From contig OZ286462.1 in the NCBI GenBank assembly GCA_965644265.1, positions 117,552,001 through 117,616,000 on the forward strand: a stretch of 64,000 bases of DNA, given 5' to 3'. Origin of the DNA: Glycera tridactyla (taxonomy: Eukaryota). A program made the position numbers and the translations under genes. Under the pieces are notes generated by a model. The model was not told where the DNA came from and searched no databases. It saw nothing but the letters and a program-made list of their open reading frames with translations. Shown here in pieces: positions 35,627-48,800 of the stretch (position 1 is the stretch's first letter; the number at the start of each line of letters is the position of its first letter).

Positions 35627-37724
35627 GAGCTTGAGCGTCACTCTCTCACAAACCCAAGTTGTAGGAGCCAGACTTTTGAATTTTCTCCCAGAGTGGAAGG
35701 AAATTACAGCAAACCGATTTGTTTTGGATATAGTCAAGGAGGGCCTTTCGTTGTCCTTTCTGGAGCAGCCGCCACTTCCAACAACCTTCTTGCCTTTTAC
35801 TCTTCCCAGAGAACAGGAGAAGAAGGAGGCGCTGCTCCTGGAGATCAGGATGATGCTATCCAAGGAAGCAATAACCCCAGTGACCCAGTCACACAGTCCA
35901 GGATTTTATTGCAATCTATTCCTGGTCTCCAAGACAACGGGAGGCTTTCGTCCAATTATAAATCTGCGTCCACTCAACCAGTTTATTTACAACCAGAAAT
36001 TCAAGATGGAGACGGCCATGTCAGTAGTCAAATCAATTGTCAAGAACGACTGGACTGTCTCCATCGATCTGAAGGACGCGTATTTCCATGTACCTATCCA
36101 TCCTTCTTATCAAAAGTTTCTACGGTTTGCAATATCAGGAAAGGAGGCATACCAGTTTCGGGCCCTTCCTTTCGGCCTGTCTACAGCTCCAAGGGTGTTC
36201 ACGATGATATTGAGGGAAGTGGCGCAACACTTACATCAAAGGGGGATCAAGATCCATTTTTATTTGGACGACTGGTTGCTGAGACACCAAGATCCTCTTG
36301 TTCTGCAGGACCAGTTACAATATGTTCTCAATCTGGCGTCTAGGTTGGGGTGGGTGATCATTTCGGCAAAGTCAGATCTGAATCTCAGTCGTCAGTTTGT
36401 TTATCTGGGCTTGGAATTCGACACTCACCTCGATCTGGTTTGACCAGCCGTCAATAGAGTGGACAAACTGGTCCTGTGCATCAAACTTTTCTTTCGTCGT
36501 CCTCAGCAACCAGCCAGATCCGTTCTCAGACTACTGGGCCACATGTCCAGTATCGCAGATTTCATCCATTTAGGGAGGCTACATATGCGTCCAATCCAGT
36601 TGGCCTTGTTGGCACAGTGGAGGCTTCACAGAGATTCTCTGGAAGCCAGAGTCATTATTTATCCGGAAGTACTCAGAATTCTGTCCTGGTGGCAGGACAA
36701 GAGTATCATTTACGCAGGAGTACCTCTAACTCCTTGCTCTCCAGATTCAAATCTCATGACAGATGCTTCCCTGTCGGGATGGGGCGCTCAGTTGGCAGTA
36801 GGAGAGAACAGGTGGCAAACATCAGGAGAGTGGCCAGAGTCACACAGGAACAGGTCCATAAATGCTCTAGAGCTAGAAGCCGTTCTTCTGGCTCTGAGAG
36901 AATTCTCGAAGCATATCATAGACCTGGTGATTCTGGTCCTTTCAGACAATGCCACAACTGTCTCCTACTTGAGCAAACAGGGAGGAACCCATTCGTCCCT
37001 GCTATGTGCCCTGTCCTGGCAGATTTTTATGCTGACAGAGTCCCTTTCAGTTATCATCAAGGTAAGACACATTCCAGGACGCCTGAATGTGTTGGCGAAC
37101 TCCCTGTCGAGGGCGAAGCCGGTCAATACACAGTGGGAGTTAGATGTGACAATATTCAATCAAATTCTCAAAGTCTTCAATCTTTCTCCAACAGTCGACC
37201 TCATGGCGACTCCAGAAAACACAAAGCTTCCCGTATTCCTATCCCCATACCCAGACTCCAGAGCTCTTGAGGTAGATGCTCTGGAAACGTCATGGGAGGG
37301 ATTCGGGACAGCTTATGTTTTTCCACCGACAGCACTAATAAGGGATGTGCTGAACAAAATCAGGGGTCTGGAGATCACTCTGGTTTGCATTGCCCCTTGG
37401 TGGCCCAACCAAGGGTGGTTTCCAGACCTACTTGAACTATCTATAGATCTGCCAAGAGAACTTCCCATAGAAAGGAACCTCTTAACACAAGTTGTGAAGA
37501 GGAATCGAGTACACCACTTCAGACCACAAGTATTGAGTCTGACCGCCTGGTGTCTGTCCGGAGTGCCCTCTCCAGCAAGGGTTACTCAGCAGCGGCAATC
37601 AAGCGGATCTCTACATCTGTCAGAAAATCTTCTGCAAACATCTATGACAGTCGATGGCGTAAATGGTTCTTCTGGTGCGAGAGACATCAAGTGGATCACA
37701 AGAATCCCTCTCCACCAGAAGTAG
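35568..37724 (+). pseudogene. pol: DIRS pol: RT + RNase H + DNA N6-adenine methyltransferase-like domain, one premature TGA (36441-36443)
   Basis: VGARL..F...W; GFYCNLFLV.K..GGFRPIINL; SIDLKDAYFHVP; LPFGLSTAPRVF; YLDDW; RNaseH TDASLSGWG, INALELEA, SDNAT, ANSLSR; MT-like VDLMAT..N.KLP, DAL..SW, AYVFPP, PWWPNQGWF. Confidence 0.95.
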
Positions 37725-38544
37725 GCAAATTTTTCGTTGAGTTGTTTGAGTCAGGATTACAACCAGCGACCTTTAGGGGTTACAGAAACGCCATGCAATC
37801 TGTCTTTGTTTATACAGGATGTAATGTGTTGAATGGTAGAGATCTGAAAGCCCTGCAGTGTAACTTTGAGCTGGAGAGACCGGTGTCAGTCAAGTCCACT
37901 CCTCAATGGAACCTTCCACTGGTTTTGAGATTTCTTAAATCCATCCGTTTTAATGAGGAAAATGTTTCTCTTTTGGATTTGACAAGGAAGACAGCTTTCT
38001 TACTGGCACTGGCTTCGGGCAGACGCAGGAGTGAAGTCCATGCTTTTTCTGGTGCTGAAGGTGGTGTACGTTTCTCAGCTGACATGTCTTCTGTTCAGCT
38101 CTTTTCAGTCCCAGGTTTTCTGTCTAAGGGACAGAAACCGTCGAAGAGACCTCCCATTGTCAAGATTCCTGCTTTACCTAGAGAGCAGGTTGGGAATAAT
38201 AATGTTCTACTATGCCCTGTTAGAACTTTGCATGCTTACGTGGAAAGAGTGGCACCTCTAAGGAGGTGCAGAGTGCATCTATTCATCCCTCCAAGTCCGG
38301 CGACTTTGAGAGAGATCGGTGTGATCGCATTTCTTGCTGGATCCAGCAGGTCATAAAACTTGCTTATGATGAGACAGGTGATTCCTCATTACCAGATTCA
38401 GTCTCTGCCCATGAAGTTCGTTCTATAGCAACCTCTTGGAGGACCCTAAACAACGCCTGTCCGGTAGAGGAGCTGATGCAAGCTGCATACTGGCGATCTC
38501 CAAATACTTTTGTTTCATACTATTTGAGAGACATGTGTGGATAG
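37550..38544 (+). pseudogene. DIRS tyrosine recombinase, frameshifted near 38320
   Basis: SAM-like N-terminus (YDSRWRKWFFWC); LALASGRRRSEV; HEVRSIATSW; AAYWRS.NTF..YY catalytic motifs across ORFs 37550-38356 and 38266-38544. Confidence 0.93.
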
Positions 38545-38968
38545 GCGTGGGACTTATATTCACTTGGACCAGTTGTTTCGGCCCAAGCTGTTGTCATTCC
38601 ATCTCAGGTGGATTGATTCAATTGTAAATAGGAGGGTTGTTCGATTAGAACAGATTGTAATTAATAATGATTGGGTTTGTGATCATTACTTTTGAATTAA
38701 AAGTATATATCCTTCCTGATGGACAAGGAGTTTATGTCTCCTGGTCATGTATGATTTTTTAATACTCTGGTTTGTTACCATTACTCCAAGGTTGGAGTAT
38801 ATGTGCTTCCTGAGAGACACGGAGTGTTCTCCTGGTCTGACAATAGATACATTTTTTGAATACACGAGTTTGCACCATTACTCCAAGGATGGAGTATATA
38901 TGCTTTTTGAGAGACACGGAGAGACACGGAGATTTATTATAATTATGCCCTCCATCCTATCATATTTG

Positions 38969-39061
38969 ATGCTAAATTTGAGGGAGAAATGGTACAGATA
39001 GATCCCCCCAGGTTTGTTTATTTAACCTGGGGATCTATACTTACCATTTCTCCCTCAAATT
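38969..39061 (-). repeat. DIRS internal complementary region (ICR)
   Basis: Its reverse complement reads as the right-end terminus joined to the left-end start. Confidence 0.95.
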
Positions 39062-39118
39062 GAATTTTTCCCTCCTGTCCTCCCCGCATTATTGATGGTA
39101 TTCTGTATTAGAGGCTCT

Positions 39119-39331
39119 TTGAAAAATACACAGAGAACCGGTGACGCAGTTGCGACATCTAGCGGATATTAGCCATCTAGCGGGAGTAACGGGTAGGGTT
39201 ACACTGACAAATTTTTATTTGTATTGTTGTAATGTTCGCGTGTAGGCCTATCGGCCCGGGGAATGCTAAATTTGAGGGAGAAATGGGAAGTATAGATCCC
39301 CAAGTTAAGTGACGAAACCTGGGGGGGATCT
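39119..39331 (-). repeat. DIRS right terminal repeat plus right-end extension
   Basis: Inverted copy of the left repeat followed by a ~45-bp extension complementary to the ICR. Confidence 0.95.
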
Positions 39332-40869
39332 CTGATGATGATTGAAACTTTACCTCAATTCTAATCATGGTGACATTAAATGGGCAATGCCACTTCAAAG
39401 GCAGACTTCAGCATCGATTCCCACATCGAGCGGGGTCATTTGATTGGTTGATTAATCATATTCTATTAAATATCTTTTTAACATTTGATGGGTCATCCCG
39501 GAGTGAGTAGGTGCTTGAGAAAGAAGCATTAGACAAAAGGGGTCAAGGCGCTTCTTCCTTCCATACTACAGGATGAAGCCTCTTAATCATACCCAGGCCA
39601 ATGCACTCTTTTAACAGCTCCAGCAATACAATGAGGCCCCGTGTATGATAATATGAATACAAGTAATTGTGGCGGTTTGCAATCTGGTATCCTTGACATG
39701 AAAACCCAATTCCCTGACAGGCCCTTTCAAGCATGAGACATTCTTGACAAAAGCATCCACATATCATTGCATTGCTATCGATGATTGCAGTCACAACACC
39801 CAGCATACCAGCATCCTTACTAGATGAGGAAAATAGATGACTGAGATGTTCAACAAAAACATTTTGATCGAATGCTTCTAGCAGAAAAGGAAAAAAGCAG
39901 TAGCCACATCATTATTATCTCAGATTGCCTGTCCTGACTCCCATCCATCCATCACTTGGTGGTGTCCGAATATTGATCCCGGTTCAGAGGGGGTAATGAG
40001 CATCACTTGACCTGTATGATCTTTGGAGCCACATGACTTATAACCATCTAATGACTCACATAAAAATACTAATTAGTCAGGAATTAATCAGAGGGAAGCG
40101 ATCTGATGGAAGATATATCTAATCAGGAAACACATCAACCTGACACGCAGAGATCCGACAATCACATCAGCAGAGACTGGAAATTCGGCAGACAGGGACA
40201 CTCCGGCATACATCCCAGGATTTTTTGAGGAAAAATTGCATTAATTGGGATTTTAGCTCAGCAACAATAACCCAAGATTGAATTCGAAAATACCTGAATC
40301 ACCATAAAAGTAATATCTGATGATTGATAACTTAAGAATTGCGAAGATGGATGAGAAATATAAGATGAATGATGAAAATTGACCTGGCATTTGTTGTGCC
40401 GGGCTAGTATACACTATATCACGATAGGCCATACGCTAAAATGCCAAAAAATCGTTGGGCATGGCTTGCAGGGATACATATTACGCTCATGTAATTCTTG
40501 ACCACTGAGGATAGAAAATGAGGTGAGTGAATCGGGCGATGAGTGGTATCAATCAATTATTTATTGGTATGGCTGTTTAGGTGAGGCACCTGAATAAGAA
40601 CATTATTGTTGGCTGTGAGCAACAACGAGTGATGCCAGTAATGGACGCAAGATGAAAGGTGAAGGGTTAATGTACAACATTCAGTGGTTGAAAACCTGAT
40701 GTCATGAGAGGAAGTAAACTCAATCATCGTACATCATTGAATTGATGGGGATCGAGACTGCAGGGTAATGGCTGGCGTTAGTTTGTTGTTGTGTACAGCC
40801 ACTATGCACAAAGTAAGCACCACCTGGGTCAGTGAGGTTGCGACTGGGTTTAAAAGGATGTTGATGACA

Positions 40870-41035
40870 CAGTCAAACTTGTCCTAAGCAAGACTTGTGC
40901 TAGGCAAGAACTTGCCCTCAGCAACAGGTTTCGTACCATCCAATCAGAAAATATTTCACTATAATTGACCTGTTCTTAGCATGAACTTGCCCTAGGCACA
41001 ACGTTTTTCCATTCCCCCGTCTTCAAGTTTGACTG
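40870..41035. mobile_element. Tc1/mariner-like MITE, family 1 (copy B)
   Basis: CAGTCAAACTTG ... CAAGTTTGACTG|TA; left flank deleted relative to copy A. Confidence 0.85.
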
Positions 41036-44000
41036 TATACTATCTGATCAGGTTTTTCTCGAACCTGATGCATAGTTTCGTTTCAAGCATCATACGTTGC
41101 TAAAATAGGACATTGCTATCAAGTGCATGTGTTAGCTACCATCAGGTTTCATAGTCAGATATGCCATCAGTGAGTTCGTATAGGAACATGTGAGCAAAAT
41201 AAATTTGTGTTAGAAGTGAAACGTACTTCCACTCGTCAAATTCCTGGTTCCAAATCATCTTCTTTTTTGGATGTGTGAGAGTGATGCCTTCAGAGGACGG
41301 AGCATCGAACAGAATCATATGACATGCGTGACATCGAACTCTGTCAATCAATCCACCAATTATTACTCTAACAGCTACTAAGAATATTGAAGCTGAGTAA
41401 TTGCTTTCCTTCTCATCCCATGGTTTCCGCAACCACTGTTATCTCATGAGATTGCTCTGGTCATATGTGGCCATAGTAGATGATATCACAACAAAGACTG
41501 TTATTTGTGATGCCGGCAACAGATTATAATGACAGCAGGGGTGTGCGTGACAAAGCTGGTGATCGTAGCAGTGAATGCAGTAAGCCACCCCTGGTAGTTG
41601 CTCTCATTTCTCTCTCATATCCGATCACTCTGTAGATGGTGATCACAGAAACTGACCTTATCATCTGATATCGCAGGACAGGCGGCCGTTCTATACGATA
41701 ACCTTGATGATGTTGAAATTGAACTCAAACAAACAAACAAGCAAACTCGATGAAATTCTGGTGAGGGTTTCAAGAAATCATCCCAGAAGTAAATCATACA
41801 TAATGACAGTCTTGTGTAATTCAGTCGAAGCACATCTCTTTGAAGTATCTCTCTAGAGAATAATTACAGAGGCAATTCTCTTTCTCTGGAATCTTCCACG
41901 CTGCCAATTATCTTGACGGCTCTCCTCTCGTCAAATTAGTACGAGCACTTCAGAGGATAATTACAAACAGGTCAGGCCTGTCATGAACAAATCACTTCGA
42001 AGACATGCAAAACATTATGAGATAGGAGATAGAACTAGTTACGATGGGCTCAAAAACTCTTTATTCTGCGCAAGGAGAAACCATAGAACCTGCGCAGAAT
42101 GAAGGGTCCATGAGCCCATCTCATCTATTGTTATCTTCTATTCCAACGGCTTGTGTGACTCATGGATGGTGTTTGAAGCGGCAATCTTCCAACGAGATGT
42201 ACATAAAAAACAGTTGAATGGTACATCGCACAGCAGTGGGATAAATTAGAATGCATGACCTGTTTGCGGAAAAATGACATCAAAGCATTCTTCCAGGCAC
42301 CATCGCTACCTCACAAGTTTCTTTATGGAAGAACCCAAGGTATTTATCCATTGGTTCATACTTATGGATAGATGAACGGGGGCACTCACCCGTCTCACTG
42401 CACTGAGTATATCATATATTATACATCCTTATACGATATATGCTTAGGTATAATTGCTCGAAGTAGAACATGAAATACCTTTCAAATCTGATTCATGGAT
42501 TGGACATTCCAAATAGTTTCCATCCTTTTAAAACAGTTACAACTAATGCCGTCTTACGGACTTTCATTTGCTCAATCAATATTTTCATTGGAGAGTATTG
42601 CAAGCCCTTGGATCCGATACTGATATCACCAACCAGATCCACAATGATATGGTATGCTATATGTTTTCAGTTCAAAGTTATCACACTTTCAAAAAAACCT
42701 AGTGGGTATTCTCTGACCCGAAACAGATATGCCTTGTGTACGATTTGTGACAGGCGACAATCTGGCTACTATCCACCAGCTACTGAGATATATGATCATT
42801 GTGGTGAGTTATATTGGAGCTTGGAAGTATGGAACCTCCGAAGAGGATAGCCTTCACAGATGAGCCCAATCAAAGATGGAATAGAAGGTCTGACATACCA
42901 TCGTTTATCCTAATAACAAACAGCCTCTTTCCGATCTCAGGTACATTGTTACGTTAATGAAGCAGACTCTTTATAGCATAAGGTCGAGCCAATCATATGA
43001 ATCACATGATACAATAGCTGACTAACAAGCTCTATGACGGACAAAAAATAGTGAATATGACAGAGAAAAACACATTCATATGGCTGGATTCTGATACAGA
43101 GTCTTGTTTAGTTTGCCATTGTCAGCTCACTTCAGATGGAGACATATGTAGTCACACTGATTTTCAGCGGAATAGCATTATGTTGAGTAGGACTCCTGTT
43201 CGCTCTGATGGTGACCACATTGAACAGCCTCCACCATTATACACTCGACCAGAACCAGTAGGATTAACATAATCTGCATTTCCCTCTAAGAAGGCACTCC
43301 TGTGAGGAGGTAGCTGAGTTCGACCTCGCCATTGCACCACTTCACTTCACTTCTACCTAAGAATAGGTACTTGGTCATGGGCAGTGGTGGCTTAGCTCGT
43401 GCAGTTTTTTAGGTCTGTGGCCGTATATTCCCTGGCGGATGGGTATAACCGGAGCCTGCTGAGGGTGGAACGGAGTGGTTGAGGATGACAGTCTCTGAAC
43501 AACTACATTCGCATTCATTTTAATTGGTTGAGGTCAATGACCATCCAGGGCACACAATGAAGGCCCTAGTCAATCCTATATATGAAGTATTTTGGAGTTG
43601 ATGAATCATGACAGTGGTTCCGGGATTAGAAGGCGATGAAGGTGGGAACTGGCAGCGAGATGGCCTCATAGATATTGTTCAACTGGAGTGGCAATCTCAT
43701 ATACCCTGATGGGCTCAAACTCCCCTTCTGGAGGGAAAGTTTCATAATTGAATGAAGGGTCAACCCAGTATGGCCGAGATGAATTCAACATCAACGATCT
43801 TAACCCTCCTTATCACACTTCACCTCCTGTGAGACAAAATCGGAATTGATGATACATGCATATACACAAACAAATGGAAATGGATAATGTTCTCGACATG
43901 GCTACTAATGCAGACTTGATGTCTACCTGAGTGGAGCAAAGTGCGGCGATATAGAACATTGAAACATGAACTAGTATTTACGGTAGATTAACGATCAGTG

Positions 44001-45775
44001 AAATTGCATCGTGAAGTTTAGCTAATTAGGATTGATCAATCAATAAAAAGCAATTCAACTGCAGCTCATACTGTTTGACTGTGTCCGACATCCCTGATTG
44101 GACATCTGATCAGGGAATAAATTCCGATGCTTACCATCTGTGTCTGAATCATTCAATTGGACCATCGATCCCACAGAGATGGAACTCTTATCTAGCTATG
44201 GGTTTTCGGTGGCGGTGCTCTTTCATGACTTTGTGGTATCATATCAGCACAGGTTCAGGTGCCTTTCGAGCCCTAGAATGGAATCTACAACAACTCAAGG
44301 CAATATGTGAATTCTCATACACAAAACATAATTCACTTACTGACCAAAGGACACATTATCATCCCCACCATCCCCCCGCTCCACCCAACCCCTCCAATTC
44401 GGTCTGCTAATATGCAGTGGGTGCACTATCTGAGTAAGAGGTAAGAGCTTCCTAGTCGGTATTTTGCGGTCTTTATGTGGGTAGATATATAATGAGAATA
44501 GTTTCAAAATCATCTACATCTCCACATACATTCCTCTTGGTTTTATGGTTGTACGACTCGGGCGGCAACATGTCGGTAGTGCACCACTGGAACTACTGGA
44601 ACCAATGATACCAGATCTACGTTTTGGGATGTGAATTGGTTATGTGGGTTTTGAGTCTGTTTTCTCGATTTGGTTCAGCGGCATTTCGACCGACTCGGGT
44701 TATAACAGATGGAACATGCCGCACCGCTGCCGGGAACAACCCCTGCGCAATTAAATGACAAGAGTGGTTCATATGGGGGTACACAGGGGCAATATATTTT
44801 GAATATCAGGCTTGCTTCATATATAATTCCGAAACACCTTGAGAAAAACGGGTCCTGAAAAGACAGTTGATAATGAACCTCAGCTATTGAATGATTTCCT
44901 ACAACAGTTTCCTTCTCATCTTTGACAACATGATGTATGTGCCTCTTGCTGATGTAGAACCACCTGCTGAATAAACAATCAATGGCATTCACCTAGCTAC
45001 TTCATCAACTCTGTGACGACAGGATGGCCTTGCTTTGAACTGAATCGTTATTTGTCGCCTATGTACAGTCACTTCAGTCGTTTGTGAACAGATATAAGTG
45101 AATGTTCGATGATTGGAATTCATGAGAGACCTTTCAACTAGAATGAAATTTCTTTGCTTTTATCTGATTTTTTGGAATGGGAATAGTGAATGCTTAGATT
45201 GACAGCAATGATGTTGATCAGGTTATTTGTTGGTTCTCAAAATATCATTACTAATGCATCAAACGCATAAGCATCAGTCCATTGAAAAGGAATTGTCGAT
45301 CTGTCTGTCTGTCTGTCTGTTAGAATGTCTATTCATCCATCTACCATCTGCCTGTCTTTTTGTCTGTCCATCCTTCTCGCCGACCCGCAATCTCTCTCTA
45401 TCTCACTTTCTGTTTCTCTCTCTTTCACGATCTTCTCTCTCTCTTTTCCCAATCAGGTCGACGACCGTTTCTTGTGACAAAAATGGAAGTGTACGTAATT
45501 AAGTCAGAGCAGATAAGCCAGATACATCCACATTGGTGCAATCAATTAGACCACCCCACTCTGCTATTGAAGTCACTGCTTACATTGGACTCTGTATTCT
45601 CTTCACAACAATAGATTCGAGCAAATTTGAGTTACATTCATTTTCAGTCAAATATCTCAAATGCATACTATGTCCTATATTGTAGGTGTTTTGATGATCT
45701 GTTCTGGGAGAAAGGTTGATAATGGTCGCAATCGTTGCAGTGATTGTGGTGGTAGTCGAGGTAGTGTTGGTAGTT

Positions 45776-45835
45776 GTGCTGGTGCTGGTGCTGGTGCTGG
45801 TGCTGGTGCTGGTGCTGGTGCTGGTGCTGGTGCTG
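45776..45835. repeat. (GGTGCT)~10 hexamer repeat (paralogue at 52933-52969, ~6 units)
   Basis: Perfect hexamer run. Confidence 0.95.
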
Positions 45836-48800
45836 ATCCTCGTTCTCCGAACTCACTCAAAGCATTATTTGACATTCAATTGCTCCTGTGTCGGTCCATA
45901 GACATATGGGAGCAACTGAAGAGAGGCACCTCATACTTTCCCAAAGTTGGATAAATGTACTGAAATATTCAGTCACTGAACTGGTCATGAGTAGGATATG
46001 AGCCATGATTATAATTGTGGAACAACTCGTATCGCACCAGTGACATGCTATCATCATCCAATATCGCGTGTAGTGTGTATGTTATCGTCGTCCATCGTGA
46101 ACGTACGTAGGGATCGTGTTATCTCGGAGGTTACACTCCTTGTGATATAATCCATTCCCTGGTCGCGTGACGCTTGTACGCCACCGCTTATTGGCCATAG
46201 AACAATCGAGTTCAAGGGTCAACTGGCAGTGTTTCAGGTTTGATTTGTGTAGCGTCACGGCAATCGATAGGAATGATGCCTCGAGAAAAATTGTTGAAAC
46301 TACGCAACCAATGGTCTGATCTTCACAAACTAAGCAAAAAATGAAGGGCAATATGAGATTCCATTTATCCATGAAAAAAAAACAATGATTGATTCCATCG
46401 TGTCGAATTTAGTTCTACAATGACGAATATTTGATGATAAAAGTAGAATACAAGATCAAATAAAAGTCATAGACATTTCGGGGAAATGATCGCAGCTTTT
46501 TCACAGCTGCATGGGGTTTTCGAATTTCACCCCAGCCACTATTACCAATGATTGGATTTGAATATACATGATTTACCTAGGCATTGACCATGAAAGTAAT
46601 ACAAATGACTAAGAACATGACAATTGCTAAGATGAACAAAAAATAGAGATGAATGAGAAAAAATTCCTAGCCATTTTGAAGCATTAGTGAGCTAGCACTC
46701 ACACTGCATTACGACAGGCTATGTACAAAAATGCAAATAATTATTGGGCATAGCTGGCGAAGATCTTTCTTACTTCTATGTAATTCTTGACCACTGAGTA
46801 TTGAAAAAGTGGTGGGTAAATTGCGTAATGAGTGGTATCTAGCACTTTTTCATTGTATGAATGTTTAGATGAACATTTTCCACCTAAAAAAGAACATTAT
46901 TGCTGGCTATAAGCAACAACAAGTGATGCAAGTGATAGATGCAGGACAAAAGGTGAAGGGTTAATGTACAACATTCAGCAGTTAAAAACCTGATGTCATG
47001 AGAGAAGGTCAACTCAATCATCATCCATCAGTAAATGGATGGGGATCGAGACTACAGGGTGATAGCTAGTGTTAGTTCGTTGTTGTGTACGGTCACTATG
47101 CACAAAGTCGGCACCATCGTGGGCATTAAGGCTGCGACGGGGTTGTTTGAATGATGATAATATTGTACTGCCGGCTGAGTTGGCTGATTGATTTGTTGTT
47201 CACAATCTTGTGAGCATCAGCTGACATGATTTAGAAAAGGCACAGATTATCGTCAATTAGGTTCGGAGGTACCATTTCATGACTATACTCATCGATTTGG
47301 TATCCTCACACCTGGTGCATGTTCAGTTTGGCGAAAAAAAGCTAACGTTCATCCGATTTGTGTCATATTCCTGTTAAATTTGCAGAGAGGAGTGATGAAC
47401 GATGCATCTCCAAATCTCGTATATCATATGTTGGACACAATGAAACCTATTCTAATGGTCACCCATCACTAAAGCTAACGTTCGCCAATGAACGTTGTCC
47501 AGTTTAGGAGCGAACGCTATTGTGTGGAAATTGCGAACTGATCACGCTGCTGCTGAGCGATTTGTTTCTAGCATCTTATATTGCTAATGATGGATATTGC
47601 TATCAGGCGAGTGTGGTAGCTACTATCAGGATTTATAGTCAGATAATGCCATCGATGAGGTCGTATAGGAACATGTGAGGGATATAAATCTGTGTTTGAA
47701 GTGGAAAGTACATCCACTCGTCAAATCCCTGGTTCCACATCATCTTCTGTTCAGGATGTGTGAGAGTGATGCCTTTAGAGGACAGAACATCCAACTGTCA
47801 TGAAGCAGAATCATATGGCATGCATTTCGTCAAACTCAATCGATCAATCCATCAATTATTGCTCTAACAGCTACTGAGAGGATTGGAGTTGAGTAATTGC
47901 TTTCCTTCTCATCCCATGATTTCCGCAACCACTATTCTCTCATGGGATTGCTGTGGTCATATCTGGCCATAGTAGATGGTATCACAACAGAGAATGTTAT
48001 CTGTGATGTCAGCCACAGATTATAATAACAGCAGGGGTGTGCGTGACATGGCTGGTAATCCTAGCAGTGAATAGAGCAAATCACCCCTGGGAGTAGCTCT
48101 CGTTTCTCTCTCATATCCGATCACTGTGTAGATCGTGATCACAGAAACTGACCTCATCATCTGATATCCCGTGTAGCGTGAATGTGATCACCCACTACTG
48201 TGCCGGTTTGCGGCCACCCATTGCTCTCTCAGGACAGGCTGCCATTCTATGTAATGACCTTGATGATGTTGAAGTTGAACTCAAACAAGCAAACAAGCAG
48301 ACTCGATGGAATTCTGACGGGGTTTTAAGAAATCAACCCAAAAGTGAATCATACATAATGACAGTCTTGTGTTATTCAGCTGAAGCACATCTCTTTGAAG
48401 TATCTCTCTAGAGAATAATTACAGAGGCAATTCTCTTTCTCAGGAATCTTCTACTCTGCCAATCATCTTGATGATTCTCCTTCCGTCATGTTAGTTCAAG
48501 CACAATTCAGAGGATAATTACAAACAGGTCGGGCCTGTCATGAACGAATCGTTTCGGAGACATGCAAAACATTGTGAGATAGAAGATAGAACTAGATACG
48601 ATGGGCTCAAAAACCCTTTATCCTGCACAAGAAGAAACCATAGAACCTGCGCAGAATGAAGGGTCCATGAGACCATCTCATCTATCATTATCTTCTATTC
48701 CAACGGCTTGTGTGACTCATGGATGGTGTTTGAAGAGGCAATCATTCAACGAGATGTACACAAAAAGAAAAAGGGAATGGTACAACACACAGCAGTCGGA

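Larger units (their letters stand above)
28998..39331 (+). mobile_element. Complete DIRS1-type tyrosine-recombinase retrotransposon
   Basis: Inverted terminal repeats, internal complementary region and gag/RT/RNaseH/MT/YR coding order; GGATCT at both junctions; empty site in copy A at ~1090-1122. Confidence 0.97.
27848..46050. repeat. Large duplicated unit, copy B (contains the DIRS element and a family-1 MITE)
   Basis: Starts with the same sequence as position 1; continues after the DIRS at 39332; collinear with copy C through ~46050. Confidence 0.9.

Noticed and set aside
37190-37480. Horizontally acquired bacterial Dam methyltransferase
   Set aside because: An MT-like domain after RNase H is a standard part of DIRS1-type pol.
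45661-45954. HQ-, AP-, GA- and VL-repeat proteins in the ORF track
   Set aside because: All are frames of one (GGTGCT)n microsatellite whose length differs between paralogues.
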